This document shows positions 1-10,609 of a stretch of DNA of 64,000 nucleotides, piece after piece. How positions within the stretch are numbered: the first letter of the stretch is position 1; every line of letters starts with the position of its first letter. The stretch spans positions 11,077-75,076 of the forward strand of contig CAZOWA010000012.1 of the NCBI GenBank assembly GCA_964583695.1, read 5' to 3'. Under the pieces are notes generated by a model. That model was not told where the DNA came from. It worked only from the letters and a program-made list of their open reading frames with translations, and did no database searches. This DNA comes from an uncultured Dechloromonas sp. (GTDB lineage Bacteria; Pseudomonadota; Gammaproteobacteria; Burkholderiales; Rhodocyclaceae). The translations under genes and the position numbers were made by a program.

Positions 1-10
1 CTGATTCGAT

Positions 11-616
11 ATGTCTGCCAAGCTGGAAACGCTTAGCCAAAATTTGCAAAAGCATTTTGGAGACAAGCTCAAGTCGCTGAAGCTGGCGTTGGGTGAGCTT
101 ACGATTGAGGTCGCTGCGGCTGATTACCTTGGGGTGATGACCTCTTTGCGTGATGAGCCTGATTTGGGTTTTGAGGAAATTTCCGACCTCTGTGGTGTCG
201 ATTATTCGACTTATGGAGACGGTGCATGGCAAGGAAAACGTTTTGCTGCTGTGTCTCATCTCTTATCGATTTCCAACAATTGGCGCCTGCGTGTCCGTGT
301 TTTTGCCGAAGACGACGAGTTTCCCGCTGTCGATTCTGTTACCGGAGTGTGGAAGAGCGTCAATTGGTTCGAGCGTGAGGCGTTCGACCTGTTCGGTATT
401 GCCTTTGTTGGCCATGACGATCTGCGCCGCATCCTGACAGACTACGGTTTTATCGGTCATCCATTCCGCAAGGATTTTCCCATTTCAGGTCATGTTGAAA
501 TGCGCTACGACCCAGATCAGGCACGGGTGATTTATCAGCCAGTGACCATCGAGCCCCGCGAGAATACCCCGCGCATCCTGCGCGAAGATACCTATGGGGA
601 TTCCTCTCATGGCTGA
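11..616 (+). CDS. nuoC: NADH-quinone oxidoreductase subunit C
   Basis: 201-aa ORF with NuoC-type sequence ([20 protein letters not shown]). It overlaps the nuoD start by 8 nt (ATGGCTGA) and is the first gene of a contiguous nuoC-N block. Confidence 0.95.
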   Translation: MSAKLETLSQNLQKHFGDKLKSLKLALGELTIEVAAADYLGVMTSLRDEPDLGFEEISDLCGVDYSTYGDGAWQGKRFAAVSHLLSISNNWRLRVRVFAEDDEFPAVDSVTGVWKSVNWFEREAFDLFGIAFVGHDDLRRILTDYGFIGHPFRKDFPISGHVEMRYDPDQARVIYQPVTIEPRENTPRILREDTYGDSSHG

Positions 617-1862
617 TATCCGCAATTTCACGCTCAACTTCGGTCCGCAGCACCCGGCTGCGCACGGCGTTCTGCGCATGGTGCTTGAACTGGATGGTGA
701 AGTGGTTCAGCGTGCCGATCCGCACATTGGTCTCTTGCATCGCGGTACCGAGAAATTGGCCGAGACGCGTACCTGGGTTCAGTCCGTTCCTTACATGGAT
801 CGTCTCGATTACGTTTCCATGATGTGCAACGAGCATGCTTACTGCCTGGCAACCGAGAAACTGCTCGGTATCGAGGTTCCGGAGCGGGGTAAATACATCC
901 GCACGATGTTCGATGAGGTGACTCGTATCCTCAACCATCTGTTGTGGATCGGTTGTCATGCGCTTGACGTCGGTGCAATGACCATGGCGCTCTATACATT
1001 CCGCGAGCGCGAAGATCTCATGGATGCTTACGAGGCGGTTTCCGGTGCTCGTCTGCACGCTGCTTACTATCGTCCGGGCGGTGTGTATCGCGATTTGCCT
1101 GATCGGATGCCGCAGTATCGGGAATCGACTTGGACCAGTGCAAAAAAAGCCAAGGAAATCAACGAAAATCGCAGTGGTTCCCTGCTCGATTTTCTTGAGG
1201 ATTTCACCAACCGTTTCCCTACCTATCACAGCGAATATCACACTCTGCTCACTGATAACCGGATCTGGAAACAGCGTCTGGTCAATGTCGGCGTCGTTTC
1301 TCCCGAGCGAGCCCTGCAAATGGGCTTTACTGGCGCCATGTTGCGAGGCTCCGGCTTTGCCTGGGATTTGCGCAAAAAGCAGCCATACGCTGCCTACGAC
1401 AAGGTTGATTTCGATGTGCCGGTTGGCGTCAACGGCGACAGCTATGACCGCTACTTGGTTCGTATGGAGGAAATGCTCCAGTCAAACCGGATCATCAAGC
1501 AGTGTATCGATTGGCTGCGCAAGAACCCCGGTCCGGTCATCACCGAAAATCACAAGGTGGCGCCGCCGCCGCGCGAAGGCATGAAGTCGAATATGGAAGA
1601 GCTGATCCATCATTTCAAGCTCTTTACCGAAGGTATTCATGTTCCGCCGGGCGAAGCGTATGCCGCCATCGAACATCCGAAGGGCGAATTCGGTATCTAT
1701 TTCATTTCTGATGGGGCAAACAAGCCTTATCGCATGAAGATTCGTGCTCCGGGTTATGTACACTTGGCCGGTATGGACGAAATGTCCCGCGGCCACATGC
1801 TGGCCGACGTCGTTACGATCATCGGCTCCCAGGATATTGTTTTTGGCGAGATCGACCGCTGA
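609..1862 (+). CDS. nuoD: NADH-quinone oxidoreductase subunit D
   Basis: ORF 594-1862; the likely start is the internal ATG at 609 ([23 protein letters not shown], typical NuoD N-terminus), giving 417 aa. Confidence 0.96.
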   Translation: MADIRNFTLNFGPQHPAAHGVLRMVLELDGEVVQRADPHIGLLHRGTEKLAETRTWVQSVPYMDRLDYVSMMCNEHAYCLATEKLLGIEVPERGKYIRTMFDEVTRILNHLLWIGCHALDVGAMTMALYTFREREDLMDAYEAVSGARLHAAYYRPGGVYRDLPDRMPQYRESTWTSAKKAKEINENRSGSLLDFLEDFTNRFPTYHSEYHTLLTDNRIWKQRLVNVGVVSPERALQMGFTGAMLRGSGFAWDLRKKQPYAAYDKVDFDVPVGVNGDSYDRYLVRMEEMLQSNRIIKQCIDWLRKNPGPVITENHKVAPPPREGMKSNMEELIHHFKLFTEGIHVPPGEAYAAIEHPKGEFGIYFISDGANKPYRMKIRAPGYVHLAGMDEMSRGHMLADVVTIIGSQDIVFGEIDR

Positions 1863-2335
1863 TGTTTTCTGCTGACACCCTTCAGAAGTTTGCTCGCGAG
1901 GTAGCCAAGTACCCCGCCGACCAGAAACAGTCGGCCGTCATGGCCTGTCTCGCTCACGCGCAGGAAGAAAAAGGCTGGCTGCCTCCCGAGGCGGTCGAAG
2001 CCGTTGCCAACTATCTCGGCATGCCGCCCATCGCGGCTTATGAGGTCGCTTCCTTCTACAACATGTACGACCTCAAGCCCGTCGGCAAGTACAAGATTAC
2101 CGTCTGTACCAATTTGCCTTGCGCGCTTTCCGGTGGTTATCACGCTGGCGAATATCTGCAGAAAAAGCTGGGTATTGGTTATGGCGAGACAACTGCCGAT
2201 GGCAAATTCACTCTCAAAGAGGGTGAGTGCATGGGGGCTTGCGGTGATGCACCGGTAATGATTGTGAATAACCGCAGCATGTGTAGTCACATGCTTCCGG
2301 AACAGATCGACAAGCTGATTGAGGAGCTCAAATAA
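1862..2335 (+). CDS. nuoE: NADH-quinone oxidoreductase subunit E (2Fe-2S)
   Basis: 157 aa with Cys motifs CTNLPC and CMGACGDAP. The start overlaps the nuoD stop (TGATG). Confidence 0.96.
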   Translation: MFSADTLQKFAREVAKYPADQKQSAVMACLAHAQEEKGWLPPEAVEAVANYLGMPPIAAYEVASFYNMYDLKPVGKYKITVCTNLPCALSGGYHAGEYLQKKLGIGYGETTADGKFTLKEGECMGACGDAPVMIVNNRSMCSHMLPEQIDKLIEELK

Positions 2336-3663
2336 TGGCGATGCTCGGATCAATCAATAGCGTCCTGATGGCCGGTCTGGAAGGTGATGCGACCTGGCAA
2401 CTCAAGGATTACGTTGCACGCGGGGGCTATTCCCAGTTGCGTCGTATTTTGGAAGAGAAGATTTCCCAGGAAGACGTCATCAGCGAAGTCAAAAAGTCAG
2501 TATTGCGTGGCCGTGGTGGCGCCGGTTTTCCGACCGGACTGAAATGGTCTTTCATGCCGCGCTCCTTCCCTGGTGACAAATATATCGTCTGCAATACTGA
2601 CGAAGGGGAGCCAGGTACCTTCAAGGACCGCGACATCATGCGCTACAACCCGCATGCAGTCATTGAAGGAATGGCCATCGCAGCTTATGCGATGGGTGCT
2701 ACGCGCGGCTACAACTACGTGCACGGCGAAATCTGGGAAATATACAAGCGCTTCGAGGAAGCACTTGACCAAGCCCGCGCTGCCGGTTTTATCGGTCAGA
2801 ACATTCTCGGCTCCGGCTTCAATTTCGAGTTGTTCGCGCACCATGGTTACGGCGCCTACATCTGTGGAGAAGAAACCGCGCTGCTCGAGTCCATCGAAGG
2901 CAAGAAGGGTCAGCCGCGCTTCAAGCCGCCGTTCCCGGCCTCTTTTGGTCTGTATGGCAAGCCGACGACGATCAATAACACGGAAACCTTCGCTTCCATT
3001 CCCTTCATCCTGAAGATGGGCGGCGAGGAATTCCTCAATCTTGGCAAGCCGAATAATGGCGGTACCAAGCTGTTCTCGGTATCCGGCCACGTCAATCGTC
3101 CGGGCAACTACGAAATTCCTCTGGGCACACCGTTTGCCACTCTGCTTGAAATGTGCGGTGGCATGCGCGGCGGGCGCAAATTGAAGGCGGTCATTCCAGG
3201 CGGTTCTTCCGCGCCGGTCATGCCGGCCGAGGTCATCATGGATTGCACCATGGATTACGACTCGATCAGCAAAGGCGGATCGATGCTTGGTTCCGGCGCC
3301 GTCATCGTGATGGACGAGACCGTTTGCATGGTCAAGGCGCTCGAGCGTCTGTCCTTCTTCTATCACGAGGAATCCTGCGGTCAATGCACGCCTTGCCGTG
3401 AAGGCACGGCTTGGATGTACAAGATCATTCACCGCATCGAAAACGGCTTGGGCAAGCCTGAAGATCTTGATCTGCTGGGCAGTGTTCTGGGCAATATTTC
3501 CGGACGGACGATCTGTGCGCTCGGCGATGCTGCAGCTTTCCCGGTGCAGAGTTTCCTCAAGCATTTCCGCAGTGAATTCGAATACCACATCGAGAACAAG
3601 ACCTGTCTCGTTCCGAAGGATGTGCAGTGGGCAGGTAGCGGTTTTCACAAGGTTCAGGCCTGA
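2335..3663 (+). CDS. nuoF: NADH-quinone oxidoreductase subunit F (FMN/NADH-binding)
   Basis: 442 aa with [26 protein letters not shown] and 4Fe-4S motif [12 protein letters not shown]. The start overlaps the nuoE stop (TAATG). Confidence 0.98.
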   Translation: MAMLGSINSVLMAGLEGDATWQLKDYVARGGYSQLRRILEEKISQEDVISEVKKSVLRGRGGAGFPTGLKWSFMPRSFPGDKYIVCNTDEGEPGTFKDRDIMRYNPHAVIEGMAIAAYAMGATRGYNYVHGEIWEIYKRFEEALDQARAAGFIGQNILGSGFNFELFAHHGYGAYICGEETALLESIEGKKGQPRFKPPFPASFGLYGKPTTINNTETFASIPFILKMGGEEFLNLGKPNNGGTKLFSVSGHVNRPGNYEIPLGTPFATLLEMCGGMRGGRKLKAVIPGGSSAPVMPAEVIMDCTMDYDSISKGGSMLGSGAVIVMDETVCMVKALERLSFFYHEESCGQCTPCREGTAWMYKIIHRIENGLGKPEDLDLLGSVLGNISGRTICALGDAAAFPVQSFLKHFRSEFEYHIENKTCLVPKDVQWAGSGFHKVQA

Positions 3664-3714
3664 GCGAAATCCGCCGAGTGATAGATACGAAAGAACTGGC
3701 TACAAGGTAGCGAC

Positions 3715-6045
3715 ATGCTAGAAATTGAAATCGACGGCAAGAAGGCGCAAGTACCCGCGGGCAGCACGGTGATGGATGCCGCGCAGCAGGTGGGCGTGTA
3801 CATCCCGCACTTCTGTTATCACAAGAAACTCTCGATCGCCGCCAACTGCCGGATGTGTCTGGTCGAAGTCGAAAAGGCACCGAAGCCGTTGCCCGCGTGT
3901 GCGACGCCGGTTACCAATGGCATGAAGGTATTTACCCACTCCGACCTGGCCGTCAAGGCACAGAAAGGGGTGATGGAATTCCTGCTCATCAATCACCCGC
4001 TGGATTGCCCGATCTGCGATCAGGGCGGCGAGTGTCAGTTGCAGGATATGTCAGTCGGTTACGGCCCGATGAAGAGCCGCTATACCGAAGAAAAGCATGT
4101 TGTTTTCCACAAGAATGTCGGTCCGCTGATTTCCATGGAGGAAATGAGCCGCTGTATCCACTGCACCCGGTGTGTGCGTTTCGGCCAGGAAATCGCCGGG
4201 ATCATGGAACTCGGCATGGCGAACCGGAACATGCACTCCGAGATAACCACCTTCCTTGGGCGCACGGTTGACTCCGAATTGTCGGGCAACATGATTGATC
4301 TGTGTCCGGTGGGTGCGTTGACTTCGAAGCCTTTCCGCTACACCGCCCGCTCGTGGGAGTTGCAGCGTCGCAAGTCGGTGAGCCCGCACGATTCCGTGGG
4401 CGCCAATCTGGTGGTGCAGGTCAAGCACGATGCCGTGATGCGCGTCCTGCCGCGTGAGAACGAAGCAGTCAACGAATGCTGGATTTCCGACAAGGAACGC
4501 TTTTCCTATCAGGCACTGAATTCCGATGAGCGTCTGACCCGCCCGATGGTCAAGCAGGGTGGCGAATGGAAGGAAGTGGACTGGAATGTGGCGCTTGATT
4601 ACGTCGCGCACGCGCTCAAGGATGTCGTGCGTGATCATGGCGGTGACGCAATTGCAGCGCTGGCATCGCCTGCTTCTACCGTCGAAGAGATGTACCTGCT
4701 GGGCAAAGTGTTCAAGGCGCTGGGTAGCGGCAATGTCGATTTTCGTCCGCGCCAGCAGGATTTCGGCACCGACTTCAAGCGTGCCGGTACGCCTTGGCTG
4801 GGTCTTAAGCTCGCCGAGATCAAGGATCTGGATGCGGCTTTGGTCGTTGGTTCCTTCCTGCGCAAGGATCATCCACTGATCGCCCAGCGTTTGCGGCAGG
4901 CTGCGCGGAAATTCACCAAGGTCAGCCTCCTGTCCGTCACTGACGATGATCAACTCATGCCGATGCATGCCAGGCTGACGGTTGCGCCGTCGCAACTGGC
5001 GCAATCGCTGGCCGCAGTCGTCAAGGCTGCAGCCGAAATCAAGGGGCTTGCCGTTCCGGTCGGCCTGGAAAACGTCGCTGTCTGCGATACCAGCCGGAAA
5101 ATCGCAAAGAGTCTCATCGATGGCGAGAAGCGCGCCATTTTCCTCGGCAACGTCGCAGCCCAGTCGGCTCAGGCAACTCAATTGCACGTGCTCGCGCTTG
5201 AGCTCGGCAAGATTACCAACGCTACGGTTGGCTTCCTCGGCGAGGCAGCCAACGTGGTTGGCGGGCATGCAGCCTGGGCTCTGCCGTCCGGGGCCAATGC
5301 CCGGACGATGTTCGAGCAGCAGCGCAAGGCTTATTTCCTGCTCGGTGTTGAGCCTGAATTTGACTGCGCCAATCCACAACTGGTACTCGGTGCGCTGAAG
5401 CAGGCGGATACCGTGATTGTTGCGTCGGTGTTCAAGAATGCATCGGCGCTTGAGTACGCTGACGTGATCCTGCCGGTGGCGCCCTACACAGAAACGTCCG
5501 GTACTTTCATCAACACCGAAGGCCGTGTTCAGAGTTTCAATGGCGTCGTCAAGGCGCGTGGCGATGCGCGTCCGGCCTGGAAGGTGCTGCGCGTATTGGG
5601 TAACGTGCTGGCGCTGGACGGTTTCTCTCAGGATTCGAGTGAAGCGGTGCGCGATGAGGTTCTTGGCAAGGGTGTCGAATTCCTGCCCAATCTCGATAAC
5701 GGTCTGAACGGCGTGGCTATTTCCTTGCCGGCCGCCGTCGAGGGGCTGCAACGTATTGCCGATGTGCCGATCAATTTTGCCGATCCCATGGCCCGTCGTT
5801 CTCCCGCCTTGCAGCAGACTGCCGACGCGGTGGCTCCGGCTGCCCGCATCAATGAGCAGACTCTGGCCCAACTGGGTATTTCCTGCGGGGCGCAAGTACG
5901 TGTGAAACAGGGTAATGGCGAGGCGGTTCTGACCGCCAAGGGCGACAACAAGGTGCCGGTCGGCTGTGTCCGCGTTGCTGCGGCTCATGTCAGTACGGCT
6001 GCGCTGGGCGAGATGTTCGGCCCGATCTCCGTGGAGCGCGCATAA
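3715..6045 (+). CDS. nuoG: NADH-quinone oxidoreductase subunit G
   Basis: 776 aa with an N-terminal 2Fe-2S/4Fe-4S region (CYHKKLSIAANCRMCLVE, CPICDQGGECQLQD, CIHCTRCVRF) followed by a molybdopterin-like domain. Confidence 0.97.
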   Translation: MLEIEIDGKKAQVPAGSTVMDAAQQVGVYIPHFCYHKKLSIAANCRMCLVEVEKAPKPLPACATPVTNGMKVFTHSDLAVKAQKGVMEFLLINHPLDCPICDQGGECQLQDMSVGYGPMKSRYTEEKHVVFHKNVGPLISMEEMSRCIHCTRCVRFGQEIAGIMELGMANRNMHSEITTFLGRTVDSELSGNMIDLCPVGALTSKPFRYTARSWELQRRKSVSPHDSVGANLVVQVKHDAVMRVLPRENEAVNECWISDKERFSYQALNSDERLTRPMVKQGGEWKEVDWNVALDYVAHALKDVVRDHGGDAIAALASPASTVEEMYLLGKVFKALGSGNVDFRPRQQDFGTDFKRAGTPWLGLKLAEIKDLDAALVVGSFLRKDHPLIAQRLRQAARKFTKVSLLSVTDDDQLMPMHARLTVAPSQLAQSLAAVVKAAAEIKGLAVPVGLENVAVCDTSRKIAKSLIDGEKRAIFLGNVAAQSAQATQLHVLALELGKITNATVGFLGEAANVVGGHAAWALPSGANARTMFEQQRKAYFLLGVEPEFDCANPQLVLGALKQADTVIVASVFKNASALEYADVILPVAPYTETSGTFINTEGRVQSFNGVVKARGDARPAWKVLRVLGNVLALDGFSQDSSEAVRDEVLGKGVEFLPNLDNGLNGVAISLPAAVEGLQRIADVPINFADPMARRSPALQQTADAVAPAARINEQTLAQLGISCGAQVRVKQGNGEAVLTAKGDNKVPVGCVRVAAAHVSTAALGEMFGPISVERA

Positions 6046-7092
6046 ATGGATGCAGTGATGAATTTCGGACAGGGTGTTTTTGGTGGCATCTGGCCGGCCG
6101 TGTGGACCCTGATCAAGATCGTGCTGATCGTTGCCCCATTGATGCTTTGCGTTGCCTACCTGACTTGGGTAGAGCGCAAGGTGATCGGTTACATGCAGGT
6201 GCGTATCGGGCCGAATCGTGTTGGTCCCTGGGGTCTGATACAGCCGATTGCCGACGGCTTGAAGCTCCTGATGAAGGAAATTGTGGTGCCGAGCGGCTCC
6301 AGCAAGGGGATCTTCATCATTGCGCCGATGCTTGCCATCGCGCCGGCGCTGGCTGCGTGGGCAGTTGTGCCGTTTAACGACACGATGGTGCTTGCCAACA
6401 TCGATGCAAGCCTGCTCTACATCATGGCGATCACCTCCATGGGCGTGTACGGCATCATCCTGTCGGGCTGGGCATCAAACTCCAAGTATGCGTTCCTCGG
6501 CGGCATGCGTTCGGCGGCTCAGATGATTTCCTATGAAATCTCGATGGGTTTCTCGCTGTTGTGTGTGCTGATGGTCTCCAACAGTCTGAATCTGGTGGAC
6601 ATCGTCAATGCTCAGAGTCATGGCATGTTTGCCGGCTGGAACCTTGATTTCCTGTCCTGGAATTGGTTGCCCCTGTTGCCGATGTTCCTGGTCTATCTGA
6701 TTTCTGGTATTGCGGAAACCAATCGTGCACCGTTTGACGTGGCCGAAGGCGAGTCCGAAATCGTGGGCTTCCACGTCGAGTATTCCGGTATGGCGTTCGC
6801 CGTGTTCTTCCTGGCCGAATACGCCAACATGATTCTGGTGTCCATTCTGGTTTCCATCCTCTTTTTGGGTGGGTGGTTGTCGCCGTTCGGTTTCCTCCCC
6901 GACAGCTTTATCTGGCTGGCTGCCAAGGCATCTTTCATCCTGTTGCTCTTCCTCTGGTTCCGGGCAACCTTCCCGCGTTATCGCTACGATCAACTGATGC
7001 GTCTGGGCTGGAAGGTCTTCCTGCCAATCTGCATCATCTGGCTGGTCGTCGTAGGCGTCTGGATGATGTCCCCCCTGAATATCTGGAAGTGA
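6046..7092 (+). CDS. nuoH: NADH-quinone oxidoreductase subunit H
   Basis: 348-aa polytopic membrane protein with a NuoH-type sequence ([25 protein letters not shown]). It starts directly after the nuoG stop. Confidence 0.97.
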   Translation: MDAVMNFGQGVFGGIWPAVWTLIKIVLIVAPLMLCVAYLTWVERKVIGYMQVRIGPNRVGPWGLIQPIADGLKLLMKEIVVPSGSSKGIFIIAPMLAIAPALAAWAVVPFNDTMVLANIDASLLYIMAITSMGVYGIILSGWASNSKYAFLGGMRSAAQMISYEISMGFSLLCVLMVSNSLNLVDIVNAQSHGMFAGWNLDFLSWNWLPLLPMFLVYLISGIAETNRAPFDVAEGESEIVGFHVEYSGMAFAVFFLAEYANMILVSILVSILFLGGWLSPFGFLPDSFIWLAAKASFILLLFLWFRATFPRYRYDQLMRLGWKVFLPICIIWLVVVGVWMMSPLNIWK

Positions 7093-7102
7093 GGAGAAAG
7101 AC

Positions 7103-7591
7103 ATGGGTTCGATGAAGGAAATCTTCAACAGCCTCCTCCTCAAGGAGTTGTTGAAAGGCATGGCGGTGACGGGCAAGTATTTCTTCGCCCGCAAGATTAC
7201 CGTCCAGTATCCGGAAGAAAAGACGCCGCAGAGTTTCCGTTTCCGCGGTTTGCATGCCCTGCGCCGTTATCCGAACGGGGAAGAGCGCTGCATCGCATGC
7301 AAATTGTGCGAAGCGATCTGCCCGGCCATGGCCATTACCATCGAGGCGCAACCGCGTGACGATGGTTCGCGTCGTACCACGCGCTACGACATCGATCTGA
7401 CCAAGTGCATTTTCTGCGGTTTTTGCGAGGAAGCCTGCCCGGTGGATGCGATTGTCGAGACCCGCGTTTTTGAATACCACGGCGAGAAGCGCGGTGATCT
7501 GTATTACACCAAGCAGATGCTGCTGGCCAACGGCGAGCGTTATGAGGCGGAAATTGCCGAAGACCGCGCGCTTGATGCCCCTTACCGATAA
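7103..7591 (+). CDS. nuoI: NADH-quinone oxidoreductase subunit I (2x 4Fe-4S)
   Basis: 162 aa with two ferredoxin motifs, [12 protein letters not shown] and [12 protein letters not shown]. Confidence 0.97.
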   Translation: MGSMKEIFNSLLLKELLKGMAVTGKYFFARKITVQYPEEKTPQSFRFRGLHALRRYPNGEERCIACKLCEAICPAMAITIEAQPRDDGSRRTTRYDIDLTKCIFCGFCEEACPVDAIVETRVFEYHGEKRGDLYYTKQMLLANGERYEAEIAEDRALDAPYR

Positions 7592-7603
7592 CAGGTGCCA
7601 GCG

Positions 7604-8200
7604 ATGGATTTTCAGACCTTTGTCTTTTTCTTCCTGTCGGCGATTCTGGTTTTTGCCAGCCTGCGCGTGATTACTGCCCGTAATCCGGTGCATGCCGCGC
7701 TCAACCTGATTCTCGCCTTCTTCACCTGCGGTGGTATCTGGGCACTGCTTCAAGCTGAATTTCTGGCCATTGCCATCATCTTGGTCTATGTCGGCGCGGT
7801 GATGGTGCTTTTCCTCTTTGTGGTGATGATGCTCGATATCAATATCGACCGGATTCGCCAGGGTTTCTGGAATTACCTGCCGCTGGGTATTGTGTTGGGA
7901 GTGGCGATGGCGGCCGAAATGGGGCTGGTTCTTGGCGCCAAGTTCTTCCGTGTGCCGGCTGCCGAGGCTCTGGTTCCGGCGGGGGTTTCCAATACCAAGA
8001 AAATTGGCGAATTGATGTTCAGCCAGTATGTCTATCCGTTCGAACTGGCCTCGCTGGTGCTGCTGGTCGGCATCATCGCAGCGATTGTCCTGACGCAGCG
8101 TGGCAAGAAGGACACCAAGTACACCAACCCGAATCGGCAGGTCTTCGTCAAAGCGAAAGATCGTATTCGCGTTGTGCAAATGCCGGCTGAAAAAGACTGA
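7604..8200 (+). CDS. nuoJ: NADH-quinone oxidoreductase subunit J
   Basis: ORF 7595-8200 opens at a GTG; the ATG at 7604 ([31 protein letters not shown]) matches the usual NuoJ N-terminus. The exact start is uncertain. Confidence 0.92.
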   Translation: MDFQTFVFFFLSAILVFASLRVITARNPVHAALNLILAFFTCGGIWALLQAEFLAIAIILVYVGAVMVLFLFVVMMLDINIDRIRQGFWNYLPLGIVLGVAMAAEMGLVLGAKFFRVPAAEALVPAGVSNTKKIGELMFSQYVYPFELASLVLLVGIIAAIVLTQRGKKDTKYTNPNRQVFVKAKDRIRVVQMPAEKD

Positions 8201-8214
8201 ACCCCGGGAAGACT

Positions 8215-8526
8215 ATGCTCACACTTTCTCTCTCGCATTTCCTGATCCTTGGCGCGATTCTTTTCGCGATCAGCGTGGTCGGTATCTTCCTCAACCGCAA
8301 GAACCTGCTGGTGCTGCTCATGGCCATCGAGCTGATGTTGCTTGCGGTCAACATGAATTTTGTGGCTTTTTCGCACTATCTCCAGGATCTCTCCGGTCAG
8401 GTGTTCGTGTTCTTCATCCTGACCGTCGCCGCGGCTGAATCGGCAATCGGCCTGGCCATCCTGATCGTTTTGTTCCGTAACCTCAAGAGCATCCATGTGG
8501 ATGACCTGGGCAGCCTGAAGGGTTAA
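8215..8526 (+). CDS. nuoK: NADH-quinone oxidoreductase subunit K
   Basis: 103-aa, three-helix membrane protein ([21 protein letters not shown]). Confidence 0.95.
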   Translation: MLTLSLSHFLILGAILFAISVVGIFLNRKNLLVLLMAIELMLLAVNMNFVAFSHYLQDLSGQVFVFFILTVAAAESAIGLAILIVLFRNLKSIHVDDLGSLKG

Positions 8527-8528
8527 AC

Positions 8529-10577
8529 ATGGAAATGCAAAAACTCTACTTGCTCGTACCCCTCGCTCCTCTGATTGGAGCGATGATTGCCGGTCTGTTC
8601 TGTCGAGTCATCCCGCGTTGGGTTGCGCACACGGCGACCATTGCCGGTGTCGGTATTGCCTTCGCGCTGTCCGTGATGATTTTCATGGATGTGCAAGCCG
8701 GCCACACGTTCAATGGCCCGGTTTACACTTGGCTGACCAGCGGCAAATACACCTTTGAAGTCGGCTTCCTGATCGACACGCTCACCACGACGATGATGCT
8801 GGTGGTCACCTTCGTGTCGCTGATGGTGCATATCTACACCATCGGGTACATGCAGGAAGACCCAGGTTACAACCGTTTCTTCAGCTACATCTCGTTGTTC
8901 ACCTTCTCCATGCTGATGCTGGTGATGAGCAACAACTTCATGCAGCTCTTCTTCGGCTGGGAAGCGGTCGGTCTGGTTTCCTATTTGCTGATCGGTTTCT
9001 GGTACACCCGTCCAACCGCCATCTTCGCCAACATGAAGGCCTTTTTGGTCAATCGCGTCGGCGACTTCGGCTTCATTCTCGGTATCGGTCTGGTGCTCGC
9101 CCATTTCGGTTCGCTCGATTACGCCACGGTGTTTGCCAAGGCGCCGGAATTGGCTGCAAAGACGATCAATATCTGGGGCTCGGCCGAGTGGTCGCTGCTC
9201 AGCGTCACCTGTATCTGCCTGTTCATTGGTGCCATGGGCAAATCTGCCCAGGTTCCGCTGCATGTCTGGCTGCCCGACTCGATGGAAGGCCCGACCCCGA
9301 TTTCCGCGTTGATCCACGCTGCAACCATGGTGACGGCCGGTATCTTCATGGTGTCGCGCATGTCGCCGCTGTTCGAGCTGTCGACCACCGCGCTATCTTT
9401 TGTCCTGATCATCGGCGCCATCACCGCCTTGTTCATGGGCTTCCTCGGCATCATCCAGAACGACATCAAGCGCGTCGTTGCCTACTCGACGCTGTCGCAG
9501 CTTGGCTATATGACTGTCGCGCTCGGCGCTTCCGCCTATTCGGTCGCCATCTTCCACCTGATGACGCACGCCTTCTTCAAGGCGCTGCTGTTCCTTGCCG
9601 CCGGTTCGGTGATTATCGGCATGCACCATGATCAGGACATTCGCAACATGGGCGGCCTGCGCAAGTACATGCCGATTACCTGGCTGACTTCGCTGGTTGG
9701 TTCCCTGGCCCTGATCGGTACGCCTTTCCTGTCCGGTTTCTACTCGAAGGATTCGATCATCGAGGCGGTGCAGTTCTCGCATATCCCGGGTGCCGGTTTC
9801 GCCTACTTTGCCGTGCTGGCCGGAGTTTTTGTCACCGCTTTCTATTCGTTCCGGATGTATTTCCTGGTGTTCCACGGTGAGGAGCGTTTTGGCAAGGCTG
9901 ATGATGCGCATCATCACGAGCATCATGGCGATCATGACGACGAAGAAACTTCGCACGACCATCATCACGGCCTCGCCCCCGGGCAAAAGCCGCACGAGAC
10001 GCCGTGGGTCGTTACCCTGCCGCTGGTTCTGCTTGCCATTCCTTCGCTGGCTATTGGTTTCTTCGCCATCGAACCCATGCTCTATGGCGAGTACTTCAAG
10101 GGCGTGATATTTGTGGATCACGAGGCGCATCCGTCGATGGAACACATGGCTGAGCACTTCCAGCACAATTTCCACGACGCGGTTGGCATGGCGCTGCACT
10201 CCTTCGTCACGCCGCCGTTCATCCTGGCGCTTTCCGGTGTGCTGCTCGCCTGGTTCTTCTACATGAAGCGCCCGGATATTCCGGCTGCCATCCAGCGCAG
10301 GTTCTCCGCCATCAATACGGTACTTGAAAACAACTATTACTTTGACAAGGTCAACGAAGCTGTTTTCGCCGGTGGTGCCCGCCTGCTCGGCAAGGTGCTC
10401 TGGCGTGGTGGCGATGTCGCCGTAATTGATGGGATTTTCGTCAATGGCGCTGCCAAGCTGGTTGGCTGGATCTCTTCCATCACCCGCCTGTTCCAGACGG
10501 GTTACGTCTATCACTACGCTTTCACCATGATCATCGGCGTCTTCGTGCTGATGACCCTGTGGATCAACCGTGCCTAG
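8529..10577 (+). CDS. nuoL: NADH-quinone oxidoreductase subunit L
   Basis: 682-aa antiporter-like subunit (WEAVGLVSYLLIGFW, SAQVPLHVWLPDSMEGPTP). It contains an unusual His/Asp-rich loop (see findings). Confidence 0.96.
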   Translation: MEMQKLYLLVPLAPLIGAMIAGLFCRVIPRWVAHTATIAGVGIAFALSVMIFMDVQAGHTFNGPVYTWLTSGKYTFEVGFLIDTLTTTMMLVVTFVSLMVHIYTIGYMQEDPGYNRFFSYISLFTFSMLMLVMSNNFMQLFFGWEAVGLVSYLLIGFWYTRPTAIFANMKAFLVNRVGDFGFILGIGLVLAHFGSLDYATVFAKAPELAAKTINIWGSAEWSLLSVTCICLFIGAMGKSAQVPLHVWLPDSMEGPTPISALIHAATMVTAGIFMVSRMSPLFELSTTALSFVLIIGAITALFMGFLGIIQNDIKRVVAYSTLSQLGYMTVALGASAYSVAIFHLMTHAFFKALLFLAAGSVIIGMHHDQDIRNMGGLRKYMPITWLTSLVGSLALIGTPFLSGFYSKDSIIEAVQFSHIPGAGFAYFAVLAGVFVTAFYSFRMYFLVFHGEERFGKADDAHHHEHHGDHDDEETSHDHHHGLAPGQKPHETPWVVTLPLVLLAIPSLAIGFFAIEPMLYGEYFKGVIFVDHEAHPSMEHMAEHFQHNFHDAVGMALHSFVTPPFILALSGVLLAWFFYMKRPDIPAAIQRRFSAINTVLENNYYFDKVNEAVFAGGARLLGKVLWRGGDVAVIDGIFVNGAAKLVGWISSITRLFQTGYVYHYAFTMIIGVFVLMTLWINRA

Positions 10578-10609
10578 CGCGAACAGTTCGCAGAAAAGCA
10601 AGGAATAAC

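Noticed and set aside
4051-5988. Very long antisense ORFs opposite real genes. Examples: 645 aa opposite nuoG (4051-5988), 732 aa opposite nuoM/N (11630-13828), 668 aa opposite nrdJ (26771-28777), 640 aa opposite hoxF (34712-36634), 635 aa opposite the M48 gene (41111-43018), 780 aa opposite the sensor kinase (48027-50369), 454 aa opposite hoxH (38020-39384), and 434 and 447 aa opposite the ATPase.
   Set aside because: For the two cases I checked (nuoG and the sensor kinase), their codon boundaries coincide exactly with the sense codons. An antisense stop would therefore require a sense TTA, CTA or TCA, which are rare in this GC-rich codon usage. The translations are Arg/Gly/Ala/His/Asp-rich, lack any motif, and sit opposite genes with unambiguous family signatures. 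They are shadow ORFs, not overlapping genes.
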